Source: Macrostomum lignano
Taxonomy: Eukaryota
DNA: 64,000 nt
NCBI GenBank assembly: GCA_002269645.1
Contig: NIVC01001020.1
Coordinates: 1-64,000 of the forward strand
Reading direction: 5' to 3'
This document shows, one piece after another, positions 47,544 to 59,092 of this stretch. The translations under genes and the position numbers were made by a program. The stretch's first letter is position 1. Each line of letters begins with the position of its first letter. The notes below the pieces were generated by a model that did no database searches, was not told where the DNA came from, and saw nothing but the letters and a program-made list of their open reading frames with translations.

Positions 47544-48867
47544 TTGCTCAGAATGTGGAGTAGTGGCTGAAAGCCGTCACCTCACTGCGGTTTTCCCCTG
47601 CTGGTTTTCAGTAAAAGAACTTCTTTCAGAGGGCGGAAGGCGATGGCGATGAAGAGGGCAGAGGGAGAGGGCGGCTGCAGATAGCGGAGGCCCAGCTCAT
47701 GCCCCGTGCTCAACAGACTCTGCCGTGGTATCTCCAGCATTTACAAAATTCAGTCCGCAGTCGCACAGCAGGCCAATATAATAAAAGTCCTGAGGCAGAA
47801 ATATGCCATGGTAACCAGACAGCTCAAGCTTTAACAGGGGATGCCTTAGTGGGGATGGCCCTGGAGCTGCAGCTCATTAAGTTCTGGGTTAGAAGGCGCA
47901 CAAGCCGGCTTGGATGGCGGAGGCGCAGCAGATGGCGGCAGAGCCGCTGCAGTTGCGGCTCAGCTCACTGCGGGCCCCACCTCCCTCCCTGCCGCACAGC
48001 GCATGCGGCCTGTGGGAGCCCCGATCTCATGTTGCAACTGCATTTGACTTTGGGGACTTCTATCACTCAAGAACGATCGATAAACTGCGGTGTCCCCCGC
48101 ATGCCACACACTGCGAGCGATAGCTGGGTATTTGCACGTGGGCCGCTCTGATAACGAACCAATTTGTTTTTATGTATTGTAATCTGCGAGTGTAAGGAAT
48201 TTTTCAGAATGTATGCAAGGATTTGGAATCAGTTCTGAGAGAGCTGCAGTTCTGCACCAGTTTACTGGGTCACTGGCGTAGGCTGCAATTCGAATCGGAG
48301 GGGCTAATATTGGTGATTGGTGGACGTCCCTGTCTCTTGGTGAGAATGAGGGTTCAGCTGTACTCCTCCCATTTTGTTTTATTTCTTTGTGCTTTTAGCT
48401 TCGTTTTAAATCCCCGACCATGTAGCCATCCTGCTTATTGTGTCTCGGCTCTTATCACTGACAGTGGATTGGTGTCCTGGGGAATGAGTTCCTCCTGAAT
48501 CGGGGAATACCGGCTGAGTCCGGTGTCCCTTTGTGCCCCTCACCAACCCCTTGGCCTGGCTTAATAGAGCCTTGAGGCTCGCAGCCCTATAGGTAGACGG
48601 TCTTCCTGCCTGATAGAAGACTCGCCTATATTGCAATAAGCTTCCAGACTCGCTCTAATAGTTTAGCCTTTTCCGTAGACCCTCGGGTCTTTCCGCTCTC
48701 GGACCGCTATTTTCGCGGGCACATTCGGGTTTTGTCGTTGGGAGTGGCTTGGGTGGACTCGGTCCTTGCACCGTCCCTGATTCCACTATGGGTTGGCGGT
48801 GGCTTAGTCCATAGGCTTGAGTTAGTAGCATCCAGTAAGGCTTCACCAGGCCGTGAGTCCAATCTCA

Positions 48868-49828
48868 CGTATGCATGCATGCTTGAATGTGCTCAGGAGC
48901 CAGCGGAGTGGCCAGAATATGTATGCATGCTTGTATGTGCGCAGGAGCCAGCGGAGTGGCCAGAATATGTATGCATGCTTGTATGTGCTCAGGAGCCAGC
49001 GGAGTGGGCAGAATATGTATGCATGCTTGTATGTGCGCAGGAGCCAGCGGAGTGGCCAGAATATGTATGCATGCTTGTATGTGCTCAGGAGCCAGCGGAG
49101 TGGCCAGAATATGTATGCATGCTTGTATGTGCGCAGGAGCCAGCGGAGTGGGCAGAATATGTATGCATGCTTTTTTGTGCGCAGGAGCCAGCGGAGTGGG
49201 CAGAATATGTATGCATGCTTGTATGTGCGCAGGAGCCAGCGGAGTGGCCAGAATATGTATGCATGCTTGTATGTGCGCAGGAGCCAGCGGAGTGGCCAGA
49301 ATATGTATGCATGCTTGTATGTGCGCAGGAGTCAGCGGAGTGGGCAGAATATGTATGCATGCTTGTATGTGCGCAGGAGTCAGCGGAGTGGGCAGAATAT
49401 GTATGCATGCTTGTATGTGCGCAGGAGTCAGCGGAGTGGCCAGAATATGTATGCATGCTTGTATGTGCGCAGGAGCCAGCGGAGTGGGCAGAATATGTAT
49501 GCATGCTTGTATGTGCGCAGGAGCCAGCGGAGTGGGCAGAATATGTATGCATGCTTGTATGTGCGCAGGAGCCAGCGGAGTGGGCAGAATATGTATGCAT
49601 GCTTGTATGTGCGCAGGAGCCAGCGGAGTGGGCAGAATATGTATGCATGCTTGTATGTGCGCAGGAGCCAGCGGAGTGGCCAGAATATGTATGCATGCTT
49701 GTATGTGCGCAGGAGCCAGCGGAGTGGGCAGAATATGTATGCATGCTTGTATGTGCGCAGGAGCCAGCGGAGTGGGCAGAATATGTATGCATGCTTGTAT
49801 GTGCGCAGGAGCCAGCGGAGTGGGCAGA
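48868..49828. repeat. 48-bp minisatellite, ~20 copies
   Basis: Unit GTATGCATGCTTGTATGTGCGCAGGAGCCAGCGGAGTGG(C/G)CAGAATAT with no unique spacers. Confidence 0.96.
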
Positions 49829-50904
49829 ATTGCAGTCAGCGCAGGATGTGGAACCATGTCGCCGAAGGCGATGAGCCGGGGTGCCCGCAGCTCACATGCC
49901 AGCACAGGAAATGAAGGCGGAACACAAGCAACAATCAGATTGTAATGAATTCAATTAATTAAAGTTTTGTTATAATTTCCAAAATCCTGGAGTAAGAAGC
50001 GCAATTATTTTCCGTTGGAGTCAGTTTAATAATAATAATAAATAATAGTATTAATTATAGTCACTTTGGTTCCGTCTTGAAGCTTCATATATAACGCATC
50101 GTTTTAATACAGAAAAATGTCACACAGTGAAAAGAGAAGTTAAGAGGACAAGGAACTGGGTACTGCTGGGTGCTTGTCTCTGTACAAGGTGCCGGTGATA
50201 TGCAAAGTTTAAGTCGGGTAATTAAACAGGTGAGAGGGGGCCAGACAGGTGGACTTCTAACGGGGCTTACCGAAGTAAATAAGAATAACTAGACAAAAAA
50301 GCAAAAAAAACGCGCCACCAAAAGTACAAAAAAGTTCAAAACAAGACTCGAAGCCGAAAGCAGAAGATTGCGAAGCATCTCAAGCGCAGACTGCACTAAT
50401 TACTGGGAGAGTACATTAAAGGTCAGGTGGGAGAACCACTGCAAGGTCAGCCAACACGAATCGCACAAGACGGCCGAAAGACAGGCAGAATAACAAAAAA
50501 ACTGTAATTTGTAATCAGTCAGGCACGCGTGTAATGTAATTAGACATAGTTTAGCATTTCATAGCTATTCACATCGCTAATAGTAATATGTTAGGATTCT
50601 TGCAAGTTCACGGTAAATTAGTAAGTAAGAAATATGAATTATTAAAAATTACAGAAAGACAAAATAGTTATAAATTTATTTACATTCAACTTTAAAACAT
50701 GCCTCAAACGCTTCAGCACAGACAGTGAGCTGTGTTTCACTGTAAAGCTGGTTAAAGTTCAAGCAATTTAAGCAGGTAAATATACCATATTCTTTTGCAT
50801 ATTCGGCACTTACTACTCACTAAGTAGGGCAGAAATAAAATTATCAAGACATTTTTTACAAATTTAAGTGTTAAATAGCGTCTGCTGAGATTTTGCGCTT
50901 CCAG

Positions 50905-52392
50905 TTATAACCAGGGTCTCATTGATCTTATCTCAGATATAACCAGGTTCTCATTGATCTAATCTCAGATATAACCTGATTCTCATTGATCTAATCTCAT
51001 ACATAACTAGGTTCTTATTGATCTAATCTCAGATATACCCAGGTTCTTATTGATCTGATCTCAGATGTAACCGGGTTCTCATTGATCTAATCTCAGACAT
51101 AACTAGGTTCTTATTGATCTAATCTCAGATATACCCAGGTTCTTATTGATCTGATCTCAGACATACCCAGGTTCTTATTGATCTGATCTCAGATGTAACC
51201 GGGTTCTCATTGATCTAATCTCAGACATAACTAGGTTCTTATTGATCTAATCTCAGATATACCCAGGTTCTCATTGATCTGATCTCAGATGTAACCAGGT
51301 TCTCATTGATCTAATCTCAGACAAAACCAGGTTCTCATTGATCTAATCTCAGACATAACTAGGTTCTTATTGATCTAATCTCAGATATACCCAGGTTCTC
51401 ATTGCTCTAATCTCAGACATAACTAGGTTCTTATTGATCTGATCTCAGATATACCCAGGTTCTTATTGATCTGATCTCAGATATACCCAGGTTCTTATTG
51501 ATCTGATCTCAGATGTAACCAGGTTCTCATTGATCTAATCTCAGACATAACTAGGTTCTTATTGATCTAATCTCAGATATACCCAGGTTCTTATTGATCT
51601 GATCTCAGATATACCCAGGTTCTTATTGATCTGATCTCAGATGTAACCGGGTTCTCATTGATCTAATCTCAGACATAACTAGGTTCTTATTGATCTAATC
51701 TCAGATATACCCAGGTTCTTATTGATCTGATCTCAGACATACCCAGGTTCTTATTGATCTGATCTCAGATATACCCAGGTTCTTATTGATCTGATCTCAG
51801 ATGTAACCAGGTTCTCATTGATCTAATCTCAGACAAAACCAGGTTCTCATTGATCTAATCTCAGACAAAACCAGGTTCTCATTGATCTGATCTCAGACAT
51901 ACCCAGGTTCTTATTGATCCGATCTCAGATGTAACCGGGTTCTCATTGATCTAATCTCAGACATAACTAGGTTCTTATTGATCTAATCTCAGATATACCC
52001 AGGTTCTTATTGATCTGATCTCAGATATACCCAGGTTCTTATTGATCTGATCTCAGATGTAACCAGGTTCTCATTGATCTAATCTCAGACATAACTAGGT
52101 TCTTATTGATCTAATCTCAGATATACCCAGGTTCTTATTGATTTGATCTCAGACATACCCAGGTTCTTATTGATCTGATCTCAGATGTAACCGGGTTCTC
52201 ATTGATCTAATCTTAGACAAAACCAGGTTCTCATTGATCTAATCTCAGACAAAACCAGGTTCTCATTGATCTAATCTCAGACAAAACCAGGTTCTCATTG
52301 ATCTACTCTTAGATGTAACCAGGTTCTCATTGATCTACTCTCAGATATAACCAGGTTCTCATTGATCTACTCTCAGATAAAACAGGTTCTCA
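50905..52392. repeat. 32-bp minisatellite (CCAGGTTCTYATTGATCTRATCTCAGAYATAM) with variant units
   Basis: Period 32 over ~1.5 kb, ending ~20 bp from the WDR26 stop codon. Confidence 0.95.
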
Positions 52393-52409
52393 CCAGCTTC
52401 CCCTCCTCC

Positions 52410-55109
52410 CTACAGCAGAGGCGGCGGCTGGTGCTTGCTCACCGTGCTGGAGCAGCAGCCGTTGGAGGAGAAGCCAGCGCCGCCGGGGCCGGTGCCATCG
52501 GCCGAAGCTGCCTGGGCGGCGGCGGCCAGGGAGGCGGGCAGCCAGATGCGCACCGTGCAGTCATCGCTAGCCGACGCCAGCATGCCGTGATGCCGGGGAT
52601 TCCAGCTGACGCAGCTGACGAGGCCGCCGTGGCCGGACAGTTTATCGGGGAGCAGGTGCTGCTGAGCGCCGTCACCGGCCTGACAGCCGCGGTGCCACAC
52701 GCAGACTCGGGCATCGTGGGAGCCGCTGGCCACGAAGTCCTGGTTGGGGCCGCCGATGCTGGCGTGCAGCAGGTAGGCGCCGTGAGTCAGGCCGTGCAGG
52801 CGGCGCCGGCACACGCGCAGCCGCAGGTCCCACAGGTGCACGCCGGCCGAGGCAACGCAGACAGCCAGCAGAGTCTCGTCCTGGCTGATGCTCATGGACA
52901 TCACGGGCCCGTCCTCCCTGAACAGAGTCTCGTCCTGCATGGTGTCGAAGCGGTACCGCCGGATTCGGGCGAATGTGTCCGCAGCCAGCACCGCCGTGCC
53001 GCCGTCGTCTTCGCGCCTGCCAGCGGTAACCATCGCACAGTATGGGGATTTGGGAAGCAGTCCAACCTGATAGTATCTCGGATTAAGCAGCCCTACCTGA
53101 GGGGATCTGGGAAGCGGCCTATTATAGCCCAGCCTGCTCACCTGGTTGCCAAGGCGACAACTCGAATGAAATCCCAGGCCTTCTCAAATCCCACATCCAC
53201 GGAGCAGAGGTAGAAGTGGCCGCGGTTGCCGCCCACAACAAAGTGATTGGAGTCCGGCAGCCAAGCTGCCGTGGTCAGGGAGTCCTCGTCCCTGTGCTTC
53301 AGCTTCTTGATGCAGTCGCCTGTCTCAGCCTCCCAGACGATCACTTCTGTGGCCTCCTCGGCCGCGCAGGCGAGCAGCAGGCGGCTGTCGGGCGACCAGG
53401 CCAGCCAGGCCACCCCGCCGCGCTCCTCGCCGATCCGCAGAGTCAGGTGGTGCCGCACCCGCGGCGCGCCGGGCGGATTCGCAGCCGCCTCCACCAGCCA
53501 GACGATCGCCACGCAGTCGCGACCGCCCGTGGCCAGGAAGCGGCCATTGGGGGAGAACTGGCACACGTGCACCTCGTCCTGGTGGGCGTCCAGCACCTGG
53601 CTGCAGACCGATGGCACGCTGGCCGCGGCCTGACAGCTGTGATCTGCCAGCAGGGTCAGCTGGTCTGGCGACAGGGACGTGTTGTGATGGCGGCAGCGGG
53701 ATACCTGGTTGAGATGGGGAGTTGGGGTTGTAAAAATGTTTTTACGAAATCAAACAGAATCCCAAACATACCCACCGATCTCAACCCGAATCCCAAATAT
53801 CCCCACCGTCAGCCACCGATCTCAACCCGAATCCCAAATATCCCCACCGTCGGCCACCGAGCTCAACCCGAATCCCAAATATCCCCACCGATCTCAACCC
53901 GAATCCCAAATATCCCCACCGTCGACCACCGAGCTCAACCCGAATCCCAAATATCCCCACCGATCTCAACCCGAATCCCAAATATCCCCACCGATCCCAA
54001 CCCGAATCCCAAATATCCCCACCGATCTCAACCCGAATCCCAAATATCCCCACCGTCGGCCACCGAGCTCAACCCGAATCCCAAATATCCCCACCGATCT
54101 CAACCCGAATCCCAAATATCCCCACCGATCCCAACCTGAATCCCAAATATCCCCATCGATATCAAACCAAATCCCAAATATCCCACACCGATCTAAACCC
54201 GAATCCCAAATATCCGCACCGATTTCAATCCGAATCCCAAACATACCCACCGATCTCATCCCAAATATCCTCAACGATCTCAACCCAAATCCTAAATACC
54301 CCCACCGATAGCAACCCGAATCCCAAATATCCCCACCGATCTTAAACCGAATTCTAAATATCCCCACCGATTTCAACCTGAATCCCAAATATCCCCACCG
54401 ATAGCAACCCGAATCCCAAATATTCCCACTAACGCAACTGAAATCCCAAATATCCCACTTGTCTCGGACCGAATCCCGCAGTGCTCACCTGAGCCCGCAC
54501 AGCCTGATCCAGCAGCACGCTCAGCCGCTTAGGCGGCAGCATAACGCTAGGCGGAAAGAACTGCTCAACCGAGTCCAGCAGAGCCTGCCGGGTGCCGCCA
54601 GCCGCGCCGGACCAGCCGCTGAGCTGGCGGAGCTCCTCAGGGCCTGAGCACATGATGAGGCCGCTCAGGCGGTGCAGGCGGTCCGGGCTTAACTGCAACG
54701 GGGTCAGCTTGCCCCGCAGTACGCACAGAGCGGCAATGTGAGCGCCAGACTCCAGCAGTTCCAAGTAGCGCTGCTCAGCCAGGCGGAAGGCAATCTCTGA
54801 CCAGCTGGACTCGCGCCACAGCGCCCGGCGCAGGCTGGCCAGGCTGGCCTCAGCGCCGTCCCAGTCGCCAAGGAGGACGCTGCTGCGGAACTGGGCGGCA
54901 GCGCCGCTCTCCAACGGGCAGCCGGCCTCCAGCACGAGGGCTTCGGCACTCCTGGCCAAGCCGAGCTCGCGCAGGTACTGCCCGATAACCCGGACAGCTT
55001 CGCGATTGCGCTCGGACAGCTGCACTGCTGGGCACTGCTGCTGCTGCTGCGCCTTCTCAGCGCTGTCGGCAGCGCCTGAGCCGTTGAGACAGCCGCTACC
55101 GTTCTCCAT
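52410..55109 (-). CDS. WDR26: WD repeat-containing protein 26 (CTLH/GID complex subunit), 3 exons, ~596 aa
   Basis: Exons 55109-54489, 53704-53142 and 53016-52410 are phase-consistent. LisH/CTLH (VIGQYLRELGLARSAEAL, FRSSVLLGDWDGA, MLPPKRLSVLLDQA), then WD40 repeats (HQDEVHVCQFSPNGRFLATG, FVASGSHDARVCVW, VSCVSWNP..LASASDDCTVRIW). Confidence 0.93.
53757..54470. repeat. ~31-bp minisatellite (ATCTCAACCCGAATCCCAAATATCCCCACCG) in WDR26 intron 1
   Basis: Direct periodicity with variable short insertions. Confidence 0.92.
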
Positions 55110-56289
55110 CAATTCAAGTAGCTGACTGATAGGACTTGATGATTAGCAGTGCTCAACTCTGATGCTTAATATTAGCGCCGGTGGTTGATAGCTGTGAGAT
55201 GCTGGCCAGGCATGAGGTGAGCAGGACAGCAGAGGGTATTTTCCACTCTAATATCAACTTGCCATTTGGCATCTGGAGTCTAAAATCAACATCTCTAACT
55301 CTACCACTTTACACAGCCAAGCCTCTCTGGCCTAACAGAAGATGCAGAAGCCTGCAGACTCCATGTTTACAGCATACTGTATACATATTTACTCAAAGTA
55401 GACAATTAATACAATGCCAACCCCATGGGAATCAAGAATCCCAATCAAGTATACAATTTCAATGTCTAAATTTAGGATGCCAATATAAAGTCAAACTATC
55501 ATGATATGCAGATTAAAGGCCTAACTCTAACATCTTTTAAGACTAACACAAACACTAAAGACTAAAGAAAGGTTAAATTTAAAAAGCTAGGACCTAAAAT
55601 GATACATATGTGTCAAGCTAAAAATTAGTAAGGCTTAGGCTTAACTTAAGTACTAAAGTAGTAAATAAAAAAGATAAATCAAATAACAAACAAACAAATA
55701 TGTAACAAGTTTCTAGCCAAGTCAAAAATGATCATAATATCCAATATTAAGCCTAGCCCTAAGCAAGGGCAAGGCAAGGCAAAATAAATTATAAAAATCA
55801 TTAAAATATAAAAAATTAAGATATATCTATCTTCTCAGCATTTGTCATAATTTGGATCATGTATTAGTATAGCCTATACCAGGAAAAAAGAACAAGACTT
55901 CATTTGTATACAAGGACTACTAAACAAATATTTTCACTATGTATACCAAAGTTATAGTATAGGCATATGCTTTTTATATTTGTAATTATATAATAAAAGC
56001 TGCTAAAATCTGTGGATTTTAAACCAGAGGAATTCTAATCCCCGGAACTATTTTTGCATGCATTCTGAAATCTGGGGCCATACTGGAACAAAAACTTGTT
56101 AATAGTTAGTAGGATAGAGTCAATATAAAAAAGAGTATGTTTGTGTAAAATTAGGATTTCAGGCAAACATTTGATATTGTTGGCTAGGGTACTGCGCAGA
56201 ATGTTAAGCAATGTCTGTCTGACACTAAAACATGCATTGGCAAACTCTGGCCTCTGCCTCTCCTACATCCCTTGGATCCTTTGAAACTT

Positions 56290-57190
56290 CTATATTCTCT
56301 TCTGTTTCCTCTCTTCTCTGTTGTCCCTTGTTTCTTCTCTCTTCTCTTTCTCCTCTCATCTCCTCTCTTTTCTTCCCTCCTCTCTCCCCTCTTTCTCTTG
56401 TATCTTTCCTCATCTCTCTTATCTTATCTCTTCTCTCTTCTTTTCTTTCTCCTCTCCTCTCTCCCGCTCTTTTCTTGTCTCTTCCTTCTCCTTTCCATTC
56501 TTTTCTCTCTTCTCTTAACTCTCTCCTCTACTCTTTCATCTCTCTTCTCTCTCTACTCTTTCATCTCTCTTCTCTCTTCTCTCTCTCCTCTCATCTCTCC
56601 TTTCCTCTCTACTCTCTCCCCTCTCCTCTACTCTTCTTTCTCTTGTCTGTTCACTCTTGTCTCTGCTCTGTCATCCCCCTTTTTATCTGACATCTTTACT
56701 GTCTTATATTGTATGTTCTCTCATCTCTCTCATCTGTACTCTTTTTTGCCCCTCTTTTGACTTTTGACTTTCCTTTCTCCTTTCTTTTATTTTTTTCTCT
56801 TCTCTTCTCTTCCCTCTTCTATACTCTCTCCCTCTCTTGTCTACTCTTCTCTCTCTCCACTCTCCTCCTTTAACTCTCATCTCTCCTTATACCTCTCTTA
56901 TCTCTACAAACTTAGAAATACAGGGATGGATCTTTATCTCTTCTCTCTTCCTTTTACTCTCTCATCTATCTTTTTACCTCTTTTTCTTTTTTTTCTCTAC
57001 TTGCTCCTTTTTACTTTCTCCTCTCTACTTTCTCCTTTCTTATCTCATCTCTTTAATCTTGCTTCTCCTCTCTCCCCTTTTCTCTCCCTCTTTCTCTCAT
57101 TGTCCTCAACCCCTCATCTCTCCCATTATCTTCTCTCTTTTTGAATCATCTATTCCTTCTTCTTTCTACTTTCATTTGCCCCTTAGCCAT
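56290..57190. repeat. CT-rich low-complexity tract
   Basis: Polypyrimidine sequence; the L/S/F-rich ORFs are compositional artefacts. Confidence 0.9.
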
Positions 57191-57576
57191 TAGCTAGATT
57201 CTTTACCTGGCCTTTGAAGTAAAAGTCCACCTATCCCTACTTTGAAAGCCAATTTTTGGGACATAGTACTCTTATGGCTATTCTCATGCTTTGATAATGT
57301 CATCTTTTTGCCCATTTATAGCTCTAAAAGGAATTTGTGTATCTTCAGCTCCATTGCAGTCTACATCAGTCTAATAATCAAGGAAATATGCACTTTTTAG
57401 GAGGCTATTGAAATTTTAAAGTTTTGAAGACTTTCAATTTTCATAATGTGACTAATTCAATAAGGTTGTATTGCATTACATTGCCTTTTCATAAACCTTT
57501 TGCTTCTACAAACCATGCTAGATTGCCTTGATTTACCAATTGCCATTGCCATCTACTATTAAACCATGCATGGGCA

Positions 57577-57723
57577 CAACCTTGGAAATCACTTGGCCAT
57601 TTCTATTGGCAACATATACAGGTAAGTTGCTATTGGACAGAATAGTAGTCACATGATTGCTCTTAGCCAATAGCAACTTACATGGGTGTGCCAATAGAAA
57701 TGGCCAAATGATTGCCAAGGTTG
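57577..57723. repeat. Imperfect palindrome (foldback / MITE-like)
   Basis: 57577-57611 vs 57689-57723 are 33/35 complementary; inner arms TAAGTTGCTATTGG / CCAATAGCAACTTA are perfect. Confidence 0.85.
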
Positions 57724-58604
57724 CATATGTATATATTAAACTGCTGCAGAATTTGCCAACATAAGTCATTGATCAGAATTTCTCACTAAAATATTATAGC
57801 AAATGTAGCATTTGTATTCTTGGGATGTAGAGAAGACTTAAAAAGTTATTCCAAAACACCGTACTTCACAATGTATATTTAGCCCTATTGCCTAACCCTT
57901 GGTCTAGCTCTAGGATAATGAGTGAGTGGCACAAACAATAGAAAAAGTATACAAACTTTATATGCTTATAATTTCTGTTAATTTAGTTACAGAGTTAAAA
58001 TGTTCCATTTAGACAGAGAATGAATCAACAAAGAATTATATCAAGTTTAAAGTCAACCACTTTATGTGGAGCAAACTTATGCTAAGTTATGGCAGCTGAA
58101 AGTTAGGCCTAGTCAATTTTGAAACCCCTTTAACACATTTGGACCTAGATTAAGAGAGGGAGGTGGGTGGAGATTGGGGTGGCTGTTTCACTGACTCATT
58201 GACAAAAAACAACTTAACTTTAAAAGTGCACAGCACCATTCAAGATTAACTTTGAGACTCAAAATTTTATACAATTGTGTCAAAATATTAGAAGATTGTC
58301 TATGTTAAATTTGAAGAAAATCAGTAGAAACAGAGCGGCGCTATGGTCATGGAGGATTTAGAAAATCACACATTTTGAGCAGTTCTTTGGGCTTTGAGAT
58401 AGAAAGATATGAGTTTAGGAAATTTTAAGGTAAGTCTAAGACATTCTTCATAGTGAGTTTAGGGTGGATGCAAAATTTGGTATAATTTGGTTAAGCAATT
58501 TGGGAGTACATGACTATAGGCCTAATGAACAAATTTGTACAGATATACAAACAATTTTTTCATTTTTATAAGTAGGCATAGGCCCTATAGATGTTTGAAA
58601 GCAC

Positions 58605-59092
58605 ATCATGTACATATGTATGTATCATATAGGCAATTGCAAGTTCCATTCATTAAATTATTTTGACTCTAGAAAAGTACTATACAAATTATTTAAGTAC
58701 AAATAGCTATTTTTAAGAGAGCTAGCCTAAGCTTTATCAGGCCCAAATTTTATGCTTCAAAACTTGTTATAGGGCCTAATGTATCTAACACTGAAAAGCT
58801 ATAATAGTCTATGGCCAAAACATAGATCATTGATGTTTAGACTTGACCATAGGCATAGACCTTTTTTCAAGTTGAAAATGTTTAAACATTCTGGCCATAG
58901 ACTATTGCATCTTTATATATAGTGTTAGATACATTATAACAAGTTTTGAAGCATAGAATTAGTACTTAATCAGGCTTAAGTCTCTAGTCTTAAAAGTATA
59001 TAATTGTACTTAAAATAGCCTAGTTCATACATTACTTTTTTAGAGTCAAAATAATTTAACAAACAAAACTTGACAATTGCTATCATGTACAC
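58605..59092. repeat. ~490-bp imperfect palindrome (foldback / MITE-like)
   Basis: Nested complementary arms: 58653-58671/59041-59059 (19 bp), 58751-58771/58935-58955 (21 bp), 58778-58792/58921-58935, 58803-58817/58892-58906. Confidence 0.85.
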
